DNA from: an uncultured archaeon
Lineage (GTDB): Archaea > Aenigmatarchaeota > Aenigmatarchaeia > GW2011-AR5
Assembly: GCA_964373755.1 (NCBI GenBank)
Contig: CAYJVV010000001.1
Location: forward strand, 1-26,729
Reading direction: 5' to 3'
Length of the DNA stretch: 26,729 bases
The position numbers were made by a program, and so were the translations under genes. Of this stretch, positions 1 through 7,145 are shown piece by piece. Each line of letters opens with the position of its first letter. The stretch's first letter is position 1. A model generated the notes under the pieces. That model saw only the letters and a list, made by a program, of their open reading frames with translations, was not told the DNA's origin and searched no databases.

Positions 1-214
1 CTATCTCGCCGCTGCCAACAACCTTGCCTGGAACAACAACATTCTCGCCATAGTTTGCATGCCTTTCTATCTTTCCAACGTTAACAGCAGATTTACTTCT
101 TCTTGGCTTTTGAAGATGCTTTGCAACGACTAGATAAAACCTCTCTTTTTTCCTTTTCAGATCACGAATGAGTTTTTCTATATTCGGGTCTGTTGGTCCT
201 GTAGGATGCGGCAT
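1..214 (-). CDS. rpl18e: 50S ribosomal protein L18e (runs off the window edge; 3' part missing)
   Basis: Hand translation from ATG at 214: MPHPTGPTDPNIEKLIRDLKRKKERFYLVVAKHLQKPRRSKSAVNVGKIERHANYGENVVVPGKVVGSG. It has the eL18 motifs (PRR..VN..KI, VVVPGKV.GSG) and the usual position after rpoD-tRNA-Leu. Confidence 0.95.
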   Translation of the reverse strand, partial: MPHPTGPTDPNIEKLIRDLKRKKERFYLVVAKHLQKPRRSKSAVNVGKIERHANYGENVVVPGKVVGSGEI

Positions 215-261
215 AACAATCACTCCATTAATCAGAAACATTTAAGTGCCTTCGTTTTGAG

Positions 262-344
262 GGAGGTATTGGAACCTAAGGTTCTAATGCCGGGGAAGAG
301 ACGTTCTATCTGAATCTAGGAGGTATCGGAACCTAGGTTCTGAT
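262..344. repeat. Direct repeat pair GGAGGTATYGGAACCTA(A)GGTTCT at 262-285 and 319-341, each with a GAACC/GGTTC palindromic core
   Basis: One copy lies in the T-loop intron of tRNA-Leu and the other immediately 3' of the tRNA. They differ by 1 mismatch and 1 indel over 24 nt. Confidence 0.9.
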
Positions 345-383
345 TTTCGAACTCTTGAAGGCACTAAGCCACAGGATTTCTTA

Positions 384-416
384 AGAAGGAGAAAACCAAT
401 GGTTTTTCTCCCTTCT
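384..416. repeat. Palindromic element AGAAGGAGAAAACC-AAT-GGTTTTTCTCCCTTCT inside the anticodon-loop intron of tRNA-Leu
   Basis: Imperfect inverted repeat, nearly identical (1 indel, 1 mismatch) to the reverse complement of 14443-14474. Confidence 0.9.
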
Positions 417-578
417 AACCCTCATTCCTTTCAAGGGATTTTTTTCACTGTTGATTATCTCAACTCGAAACTTAAGTCACCTGCTTAAGTAAGGCCCGAT
501 TATTTCTTTCGCAATAACCGTCCTGCCCCTTTGGCCATTCCCTAGCTCTTTTGCTTAAACTTGTTTTTCGTAAGCACT

Positions 579-606
579 TTTTCCGCTAGTTTTCCGCTAG
601 CGCTTT
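579..606. repeat. Tandem 11-mer TTTTCCGCTAG x2 (579-589, 590-600) extending into TTTCCGCTAGCGCTTT, within the D-loop intron
   Basis: Read directly; 591-606 matches 12562-12577 at 15/16 positions. Confidence 0.85.
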
Positions 607-640
607 TTACGAAGCAAAAAGGGCTACTCGGGAACCCCGG

Positions 641-1040
641 CTCTACAATTAATCTTTGAGAAGAAGTAATTAAAACTATACATTAAGCATCAAGTACTTT
701 CTCGAACGCTAGAAAATTCTGTTCCATATGCTCTTTAAACTTAGAAGGAATATTTCTTCCAGTCAAATCTCTATCAAGTGTATCATGTACTATACGATTA
801 CTATACACAACGTGAACGCCATCATCTTCTCCTCTAACTTTCAGTCTATCTTGTGGAATTACAATATAAGACATGGTAGATTTTCCGCGGCATGTCCAGC
901 CTGCTAATGTGTACCAATCTCTATCAGGATCATATCGCACAACTCTCCTTGTGACTTCTCCCACAGAGTCCTGTTGCCTTATACGTACATCCATCCCGAT
1001 CTCCAACAAATCTACAGCCATATTCTCAGTCTCTACAATT
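641..1040. repeat. Exact 10-bp direct repeat CTCTACAATT (641-650 and 1031-1040) flanking an orphan ORF
   Basis: Read directly. One copy overlaps base 1 of tRNA-Leu and the other contains the rpoD stop codon. Confidence 0.85.
683..1021 (-). CDS. Hypothetical protein (orphan, 112 aa)
   Basis: Intact ORF co-oriented between rpoD and tRNA-Leu; no family recognised. Confidence 0.7.
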   Translation of the reverse strand: MAVDLLEIGMDVRIRQQDSVGEVTRRVVRYDPDRDWYTLAGWTCRGKSTMSYIVIPQDRLKVRGEDDGVHVVYSNRIVHDTLDRDLTGRNIPSKFKEHMEQNFLAFEKVLDA

Positions 1041-1806
1041 TCTTTTTTGCTTCAGAGAGGAAATTTTCTGCGCTATTCTCAAGAACGTCTAAGGCAGAAG
1101 AGACTATTTCTTCAGGCTTCAAACCTGATACTGATTCTACTGTGAATATAAAAGAATTCTCGTCAGCCTTAACGGTCACGCCGTCGCTTACTTCAACACA
1201 TTTCATGCAAAGTATGCAATTTGCTTCCTTCGCAACCCTTGGCTTTCCATCGCGTTTCTCAAAAACATGAGTTGGGCATACATCAACTATTACATTATCT
1301 GCTTTCTCCGGATTTACACGAACAATAGGAAAGTTCTGGTATCCTACAACAGCTGCCTGCCATTTCACATGCTCCTTGCCGAAACCCAGTTGCGCTGTGG
1401 CTGAGAACTTCAATTTTTGTTTTTCAAGAAGCTCTACGATTGGTATGTTTAGATCGAGTACGCTGGCACCATCGCTTTTCATGTCGCCAGCATTGACAAT
1501 GCATGGGCCTTCTTTTTCAATGATAAATGTGACTTCGCAGTTAGCACAGCCTTTGCCTCCACACTTGCAATCTTCCTTAAGCCTGAACATCTTTGAGTCG
1601 AATGTCAAGGGGATTAAACCGAGTCGGTGGGCAATAACCTCGTCAAAAAGTCCTGATGTATTTTCCTCAAAATACACCTCTTCAATGGCCATTATCGGTA
1701 TCTCGCCAAACATTGTCCTGCGCAGCGCGTTAGCGAATGCAAAATCTATCCCTTCTATGACGAATTTCAATTTTGCATCTTTTTGCTCAAGAATTTTTAC
1801 TTGCAT
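1033..1806 (-). CDS. rpoD: DNA-directed RNA polymerase subunit D (Rpo3) with ferredoxin-like Fe-S domain
   Basis: FANALRR, ENTSGLFDEVIAHRLGLIPL, ATAQLGFGKEHVKWQ, VCP...CILCMKC; follows rps11. Confidence 0.97.
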   Translation of the reverse strand: MQVKILEQKDAKLKFVIEGIDFAFANALRRTMFGEIPIMAIEEVYFEENTSGLFDEVIAHRLGLIPLTFDSKMFRLKEDCKCGGKGCANCEVTFIIEKEGPCIVNAGDMKSDGASVLDLNIPIVELLEKQKLKFSATAQLGFGKEHVKWQAAVVGYQNFPIVRVNPEKADNVIVDVCPTHVFEKRDGKPRVAKEANCILCMKCVEVSDGVTVKADENSFIFTVESVSGLKPEEIVSSALDVLENSAENFLSEAKKKL

Positions 1807-1847
1807 TATTTCATCTCCGAACTAAAAATTTGACAGAAACGTTTAAA

Positions 1848-2237
1848 TTACACACGCCTTCCACGTCTGCCGCCCTTCTTCTTGCAGCCATCGTGAGGTA
1901 TTGGTGTCACGTCTTCTATAGAACCTATCCTGAAGCCAGCACGTGCTAGAGCCCTTATGGCTGGTTGCGCTCCCTGGCCAGGCATCTTTGATTTTATTCC
2001 GCCAGGCGCCCTGATGCGTATATGCAGATTTGTTATGCCTTGTGCCAATGCCTTTTCTGCTGCCTTTCTCGAAGCGACCATGGCTGTGAAAGGCTTGCCC
2101 TTATTCATGTCCTTGTCAGATACCATGCCGCCTGAAACAGTGGTAATGGTCTCGCTGCCAGTTATGTCAGTGATATGCACTATAGTATTGTTAACTGAAG
2201 AAAATATGTGCGCAACTCCCCATCTTTCTTTATCCAT
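1848..2237 (-). CDS. rps11: 30S ribosomal protein S11 (uS11)
   Basis: [22 protein letters not shown]...[22 protein letters not shown]. Start moved to the ATG at 2237, which has an upstream GGTGA SD. Confidence 0.97.
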   Translation of the reverse strand: MDKERWGVAHIFSSVNNTIVHITDITGSETITTVSGGMVSDKDMNKGKPFTAMVASRKAAEKALAQGITNLHIRIRAPGGIKSKMPGQGAQPAIRALARAGFRIGSIEDVTPIPHDGCKKKGGRRGRRV

Positions 2238-2742
2238 TTTGTTCACCACTTGCTTGCTTTGCCTGTTCAATAACAGCTGTTTTTATCTTTGAGCTCAAGG
2301 AAATATTTCCTTCTTCATCGTGTTTGACTATGTAGCTGGGCCATCTGATCCTTCTTTTATTGACTAAAATATGGCCATGAACAATAAGCTGCCTTGCCTG
2401 TTTAGGGCTGTTAGCAAGGCCTTTTTTATGCACAACTGTCTGCAATCTGCGTGAAAGTATATGATTAAGATTCGTTTCAAGCACTTCATCAAGGGTCTGG
2501 CATTTTATTCCAAGCTTGTTTAATTTTTCTAAAAGCTCTTTTTCTTTTTTCTCATCATGATGTGCCTGTAAATCCCTAGCACGTCTCCTGAAGTCACGAA
2601 GTACGGCTTCTGCTTTCCAAATTTCCTTTTTCCTACGTAAGCCATACTCTTGCTCTAGCTTCTTTTCTCTTTCTAGCCTGTTCTTGTCGTAAGGCTTCTG
2701 CGGCCGCGAATATTTTCTCTCCTGTCTTTTCGGGTGTCCCAT
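2230..2742 (-). CDS. rps4: 30S ribosomal protein S4 (uS4)
   Basis: [19 protein letters not shown]...[10 protein letters not shown]...[28 protein letters not shown]. Confidence 0.97.
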   Translation of the reverse strand: MGHPKRQERKYSRPQKPYDKNRLEREKKLEQEYGLRRKKEIWKAEAVLRDFRRRARDLQAHHDEKKEKELLEKLNKLGIKCQTLDEVLETNLNHILSRRLQTVVHKKGLANSPKQARQLIVHGHILVNKRRIRWPSYIVKHDEEGNISLSSKIKTAVIEQAKQASGEQNG

Positions 2743-2744
2743 GA

Positions 2745-3020
2745 TTAAAGAATCTCCAGGGTTCTTAGAAAGGCAATTCTCATGACTTGTCTTGAATATT
2801 CTTTTGCAGTCGGTGATGTTTCTCTTACAGACAATTTATAATTGTCTAATGCATCTTTACCGTAGACATATGAAATTATAGATTCTTGAAATCTTTGACG
2901 ATATTGTATCAAAGCCTCTTTTCCACCAGTTCTATAAACATTGGAAGTTCTATGTCTAAGACCCGAAATAATAATCTTTGGCCTGTAACTTGGACTCTTT
3001 AAAGTAGCGGATTTTGTCAT
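2745..3020 (-). CDS. Hypothetical protein (orphan, 91 aa) between rps13 and rps4
   Basis: Intact ORF with a TAATG overlap with the rps13 stop; ends 2 nt before the rps4 ATG; AT-rich. Confidence 0.65.
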   Translation of the reverse strand: MTKSATLKSPSYRPKIIISGLRHRTSNVYRTGGKEALIQYRQRFQESIISYVYGKDALDNYKLSVRETSPTAKEYSRQVMRIAFLRTLEIL

Positions 3021-3520
3021 TATTTCTTCTCCTCTTTTGCAGCAGGTTTTGCGGCTTGCTGAATTTTCTTCTTCGCGACGCCTACTGTCTTCTGCGTCCT
3101 GAACGAGCTTCTTGTTCTCTGACCGCGGACAGGCAACCCAAACTCATGTCTTACGCCTTTGTAGGCATGCATCCTTTTTAGCATGTTTATGTCTTCCATT
3201 TTCTTGAACTGCAGCTCAGAACCGTGTACGTGCACATTGGTACCAGTCTCGATATCCTTTCTCCTGTTCATAATCCACATCGGCAGTTCGCTGTTCTCTT
3301 TTCCAAGGGATTTTACAAAGGCTTCAAGGGTCTTTATCTCTGTTTCTGTCATAGCACCAAGTTTCTTTTTCCCGTCTATGCCTGTTTTCTGAAGTATTGC
3401 ATTAGTAAGCATGAAGCTGATACCAGGGATTCTTCTCAGGCTTCTGCTAACAGAAAGCTCGCCGTTTATATCGGTTGCAAGGAATCTTACAATCTTTCTA
3501 ATTTCAGTTTTCTGTTCCAT
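3020..3520 (-). CDS. rps13: 30S ribosomal protein S13 (uS13)
   Basis: NRRKDIETG...DINMLKRMHAYKGVRHEFGLPVRGQRTRS. Likely start at 3520 (TGATG overlap with rpl24e). Confidence 0.96.
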   Translation of the reverse strand: MEQKTEIRKIVRFLATDINGELSVSRSLRRIPGISFMLTNAILQKTGIDGKKKLGAMTETEIKTLEAFVKSLGKENSELPMWIMNRRKDIETGTNVHVHGSELQFKKMEDINMLKRMHAYKGVRHEFGLPVRGQRTRSSFRTQKTVGVAKKKIQQAAKPAAKEEKK

Positions 3521-3684
3521 CAAACCGCTCTTGCCCATTTGAATTTCCTTGGATCTCTTCCAAGCTTAATCATATTTTTTTCGCATTTCAACGAATCGAA
3601 CCACATAATTTTGCCGGTCTTTGCAATTACCATCTTTCCTGTTCCTTGCTCAATTCTTTTTGAACAGAAACTGCAGTTTGCCAT
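3520..3684 (-). CDS. rpl24e: 50S ribosomal protein L24e
   Basis: Hand translation (not in the ORF track): [54 protein letters not shown]; follows rps28e. Confidence 0.95.
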   Translation of the reverse strand: MANCSFCSKRIEQGTGKMVIAKTGKIMWFDSLKCEKNMIKLGRDPRKFKWARAV

Positions 3685-3685
3685 T

Positions 3686-3892
3686 TTATCGCCTGCCATA
3701 GCTGCCTGAAGATTCCATTTCTGTTTCGCGGAGCATTAGGATGTCGCCTATCCTTACAGGGCCTATAACATTTCTCGTGAGAATCTTGCCCTTGTCACGG
3801 CCATCTGTTACACGGGCCTTTACTCGCAGGACTCCCTTTGCACCTACTCGTCCAATAATATTAATGACTTCTGCTGGTGAAGCTTCTTGCAT
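3686..3892 (-). CDS. rps28e: 30S ribosomal protein S28e
   Basis: [12 protein letters not shown]...[24 protein letters not shown]. Confidence 0.96.
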   Translation of the reverse strand: MQEASPAEVINIIGRVGAKGVLRVKARVTDGRDKGKILTRNVIGPVRIGDILMLRETEMESSGSYGRR

Positions 3893-3904
3893 AGTATCAC
3901 ATTA

Positions 3905-4486
3905 TTAATGTCCCAGATATCGCTGTGGAGGAATTCTTTTTGGTCGTCTGAAGATGCCAACTTCTGTCTCATAGACTGTATTTTCACTTTCCCACTTTAA
4001 CACCCTTTCCATGTCGGCGCCTGGTATAACCAAAACAGGTCTTTTTGAAATATACACAGCTTCGTGATCTGTAAAATCCACCGTTTCTTGCTTTGCCAAT
4101 AATGAAAATGGATGATCATTGTCTATCATCATTCGAGCCAAATGCTCATCCATTCTTAAACGCCTAGCCATATCGTCTGAAGAATAGCCACCGAAGACTG
4201 AAATAACTGTTGCGTATGTTAATTTCAATAAGTTTGGATCATATACTCTTGCATTTTTGTTTCTTAATATTCTCCTTAATGAAAATCTATGATAACGATC
4301 ACTTTCTTCTAACGATTGCCAGTTTTCTGGAACTATTTCATGGAATCTTGAAGTATCAGGAACATAAGCCTGGTCTAGTGTAGCGACAATCCTAGCTCTG
4401 TCTAAAGGTATCAGCCCTGGATGCTTTTCAAGTCCATAAGCCAGTGTTTCTATTGCTGCTCTGTCCAAGGTATTTAATCTCTTCAT
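3905..4486 (-). CDS. Hypothetical protein (orphan, about 193 aa) between rpl7ae and rps28e; possible HTH segment
   Basis: Intact ORF (ATG 4486; upstream in-frame GTG 4495). GYSSDDMARRLRMDEHLARMMI resembles an HTH. Confidence 0.7.
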   Translation of the reverse strand: MKRLNTLDRAAIETLAYGLEKHPGLIPLDRARIVATLDQAYVPDTSRFHEIVPENWQSLEESDRYHRFSLRRILRNKNARVYDPNLLKLTYATVISVFGGYSSDDMARRLRMDEHLARMMIDNDHPFSLLAKQETVDFTDHEAVYISKRPVLVIPGADMERVLKWESENTVYETEVGIFRRPKRIPPQRYLGH

Positions 4487-4522
4487 ATTCAACACTCACA
4501 AAGTAAAGTGAAAAAGCCGAAC

Positions 4523-4837
4523 TTACTTCAAAACGTCGCCGAGTTTCTTCTTGCCTTCGCCGGCATCAAGTACTGCGACTGCGGCTGTAGATACTTCTAT
4601 GCCCGCCGCCCGGCCCAGCTCGGATTTGCTGGAAACGCGAGCCAATGGTATTTTTTTCTCGTCGCACAATGGCTGCAGATGCATAATAATTTCTGGCGGA
4701 TCCACGTCGTCTGCAACGACAATAAGCTTGGCTGTGCCGCGTTCTGCTGCTTTTGTTGCCTCGTTGAGGCCTCGCCTAATCTTACCTGTTTCGCGGGCTA
4801 TTTCGATGACTTCAAGAATTTCATTGACCTTGTTCAT
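4523..4837 (-). CDS. rpl7ae: 50S ribosomal protein L7Ae
   Basis: GKIRRGLNEATKAAERGTAKLIVVADDVDPPEIIMHL..LCDEKKIP....SKSELGRAAG. Confidence 0.97.
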   Translation of the reverse strand: MNKVNEILEVIEIARETGKIRRGLNEATKAAERGTAKLIVVADDVDPPEIIMHLQPLCDEKKIPLARVSSKSELGRAAGIEVSTAAVAVLDAGEGKKKLGDVLK

Positions 4838-4936
4838 TTAACACACCTTGTCTCAATTACAAAGCTGTATTAAGAAACAAAACTATTAAAATTAACCTTT
4901 TTAAGGATTTTATCTGAAAGATTGTTGTGATTAAAG

Positions 4937-5110
4937 ATGGAAGATAGAAGCAAGTTCCTGAAGGTGAAATGCGAGAAGTGCAAGAACGAGCAGATAATAT
5001 TCAACAGATGTGCTACCGTAGTCAAATGCCTTGTTTGCGATTCTATCTTGGCTGAACCTACAGGCGGCAAGGCCAACATTCAGGCAAGCATTCTGCAGGT
5101 TCTAGGTTGA
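4937..5110 (+). CDS. rps27e: 30S ribosomal protein S27e
   Basis: Hand translation: MEDRSKFLKVKCEKCKNEQIIFNRCATVVKCLVCDSILAEPTGGKANIQASILQVLG. Confidence 0.96.
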   Translation: MEDRSKFLKVKCEKCKNEQIIFNRCATVVKCLVCDSILAEPTGGKANIQASILQVLG

Positions 5111-5181
5111 TGAGAGGGAAGCAATGGTATGAAACACTATGTGTTCGTGTTGTTCTCCTTCTACTCTTTCAGGTGAATTTT

Positions 5182-5934
5182 ATGGTCAAAAAAAAGGGAT
5201 TTCCAGAGATTGGCGAACTTGTTATCTGCAGGATAAGCAAGATTAACCCCCATTCTGCTTTTGCCCTTATGGAAGAATATGACATAGAAGGCATGATCCA
5301 TATATCAGAGATTACTAGCGGCTGGGTTCGAGACATAAGACAATTTCTCAAAACAGGCGAAACAGAAGTTGCAAAAATCTTAAGCGTGGACGATCGCGGG
5401 CACGTGTCAATGTCTCTAAAACGCGTTAGTGATCTTGACAAGAAGAGAAAGATGAAATCTTACCGTATGGAACATAGAGCAGAAAAGATGTTAGAGCTGG
5501 CTGCACAGATGCTCAACAAGAAGCCAGAAGAGGCTTACAATGAAGCTGGCAGCAAGCTGATGGAGGGCTTTGGATCTCTTTACGAAGGCTTTCTCGCCGC
5601 AATGCAGAAACCGGATTCTCTTTTGAAAAAGGGCGTTCCAGAGAAATGGGTAGCTGTGCTTAAGGAGATTGCAGAAAAGAACATCGAGCAGAAGGAATTT
5701 GAATTCAAGGCAACAGTGTCAGTTAAAACTTTTAAACCCGCGGGGATATATGTTATAAAAGGCATACTGTCAGAAGCGGAAAAAATGCACCTGAAGGTGC
5801 ATTATATAGCAGCACCGTCATATCTTGTCAAATATTCATCAAAAACTGCAAAGAAAGGTGAGAAGGAATTTCAGGAAAAGCTCAACAAGCTTGCAGAAAA
5901 TAAAGAAGCTGACGTGTCTTTTGTGATGGCATGA
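5182..5934 (+). CDS. eif2a: Translation initiation factor 2 alpha subunit (aIF2-alpha)
   Basis: FPEIGELVIC...EGMIHISEITSGWVRDIR...SMSLKRV...YIAAPSY. ATG at 5182 has an AGGTGA SD; rps27e-aIF2a-nop10 context. Confidence 0.95.
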   Translation: MVKKKGFPEIGELVICRISKINPHSAFALMEEYDIEGMIHISEITSGWVRDIRQFLKTGETEVAKILSVDDRGHVSMSLKRVSDLDKKRKMKSYRMEHRAEKMLELAAQMLNKKPEEAYNEAGSKLMEGFGSLYEGFLAAMQKPDSLLKKGVPEKWVAVLKEIAEKNIEQKEFEFKATVSVKTFKPAGIYVIKGILSEAEKMHLKVHYIAAPSYLVKYSSKTAKKGEKEFQEKLNKLAENKEADVSFVMA

Positions 5935-6080
5935 AACTAAGAAAATGCTTGAAATGCAAAACTTATTCACTTAAGGCAATTTGTTCATGCGGTTCTGCAA
6001 CAGCCAGTCCGCACCCGGCGAAATATCATCCTGCCCGCGCAAAATACATTCGACTTGCACGACTCAAGAAAATAAATTGA
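5931..6080 (+). CDS. nop10: H/ACA RNP protein Nop10
   Basis: Hand translation: MKLRKCLKCKTYSLKAICSCGSATASPHPAKYHPARAKYIRLARLKKIN; ATGA overlap with aIF2a. Confidence 0.9.
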   Translation: MKLRKCLKCKTYSLKAICSCGSATASPHPAKYHPARAKYIRLARLKKIN

Positions 6081-6090
6081 TGTTGATTTT

Positions 6091-6858
6091 ATGCAGACAA
6101 AAATGCAGATACTAGAGAAAGTGAAGCTGAACAAACCTGTTCTCATTGAAGGATTGCCAGGAATAGGCAATGTTGGTCGGGTCGCAGCTGGATACCTGAT
6201 ATCTGAACTGAAGATGAAAAAATTTGCAGAGCTATACTCACATCATTTCCTGCCGCTTGTTATGCTGCAGGAAGGCGGGGTAGCAAGCTTATTGAAATGT
6301 GAATTTTACTATCAGAAGCAGAATAATCTAATCGTGCTGACCGGTGATACTCAGAGCATTTCACCGGAAGGTCACTACGAAGTTTGCGAAGTTATACTGG
6401 ATTTCGCTGAAAAGATGGGTGTCAAGGAAATTATAACCCTTGGCGGGTTCGCAGAAGGCAAGCAGGTGGACGAACCTCGTATTGTAGGGGCTGTGAACGA
6501 CAAGTCACTTCTGAAAAAATATGGAAAGTATGACATTGATTTTGGAAAAGAGCATCCTGTTGGCACTGTTGTAGGTGCTAGTGGTCTATTGCTTGGTCTT
6601 GGAAGAAGCCGCGGAATCGATGGTTTATGCCTGATGGGTGAAACATTCGGCCTTCCTTTAATGACAGACCCAAAGGCAGCTGATAGGGTCCTTCATGTGC
6701 TTTCAAAAATCCTTGGCTTAAAGATGGACTTGTCTAAGCTTGAAAAGACAATAAAAGGCATGGAAGACAGGATCAAGAAAACGGAAAAAATCCATAAAAA
6801 GATACTTGAGCAGATACCTAAGCAAAGCAAGGATGATCAGATAAGATACATTGGCTAA
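6091..6858 (+). CDS. PAC2-family proteasome assembly chaperone (TIGR00162-like)
   Basis: LIEGLPGIGNVGRVAAGYL, IITLGG, VVGASGLLLG...GLCLMGET; conserved position after nop10. Confidence 0.92.
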   Translation: MQTKMQILEKVKLNKPVLIEGLPGIGNVGRVAAGYLISELKMKKFAELYSHHFLPLVMLQEGGVASLLKCEFYYQKQNNLIVLTGDTQSISPEGHYEVCEVILDFAEKMGVKEIITLGGFAEGKQVDEPRIVGAVNDKSLLKKYGKYDIDFGKEHPVGTVVGASGLLLGLGRSRGIDGLCLMGETFGLPLMTDPKAADRVLHVLSKILGLKMDLSKLEKTIKGMEDRIKKTEKIHKKILEQIPKQSKDDQIRYIG

Positions 6859-6933
6859 GCTGGCATAACTAAAAGCTTAAGAATTTGCAGTATTATTATA
6901 GGCTGGTTAACACTTATTTTCTGAGGATGAAAA

Positions 6934-7128
6934 ATGTTTGAATATAGTGGACTCACGAGATTCGAAAAGACAAGGGTAATATCTGCGCGGGCGCTACAGA
7001 TATCGATGGGAGCCCCAGTGCTCATAAAAACACAGCTGCACGAGCCAAAAGAGATAGCTAAACTTGAGTTTGAAAAGAATGTGCTGCCAATAACTGTAAA
7101 AAGGCGGGCACCTATGAAAAACGACTGA
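6934..7128 (+). CDS. rpoK: DNA-directed RNA polymerase subunit K (Rpo6)
   Basis: LTRFEKTRVISARALQISMGAP...LPITVKR. Confidence 0.95.
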   Translation: MFEYSGLTRFEKTRVISARALQISMGAPVLIKTQLHEPKEIAKLEFEKNVLPITVKRRAPMKND

Positions 7129-7145
7129 ATTCTTCTGGTAATTAT

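Larger units (their letters stand above)
288..641 (-). tRNA. tRNA-Leu(UAA), multi-intron; predicted mature length 84 nt
   Basis: Exons 641-627, 537-522, 490, 476-471, 377-346 and 301-288 join to GCCGGGGTTCCCGAGTGGCCAAAGGGGCAGGACTTAAGATCCTGTGGCTTAGTGCCTTCAAGAGTTCGAATCTCTTCCCCGGCA. Stems: acceptor GCCGGGG/CCCCGGC, D CCC/GGG, anticodon CAGGA/TCCTG, variable arm GGC/GCC, T AAGAG/CTCTT; discriminator A73. It lies in the conserved rpoD-tRNA-Leu-rpl18e slot. Confidence 0.9.

Noticed and set aside
1170-1570. Fe-S and Cys clusters in RpoD
   Set aside because: A known feature of many archaeal Rpo3 subunits; not novel.
5106-5170. C/D box sRNA (TGATGA at the rps27e stop)
   Set aside because: No CTGA D box at a suitable distance; TGATGA is explained by the stop codon.
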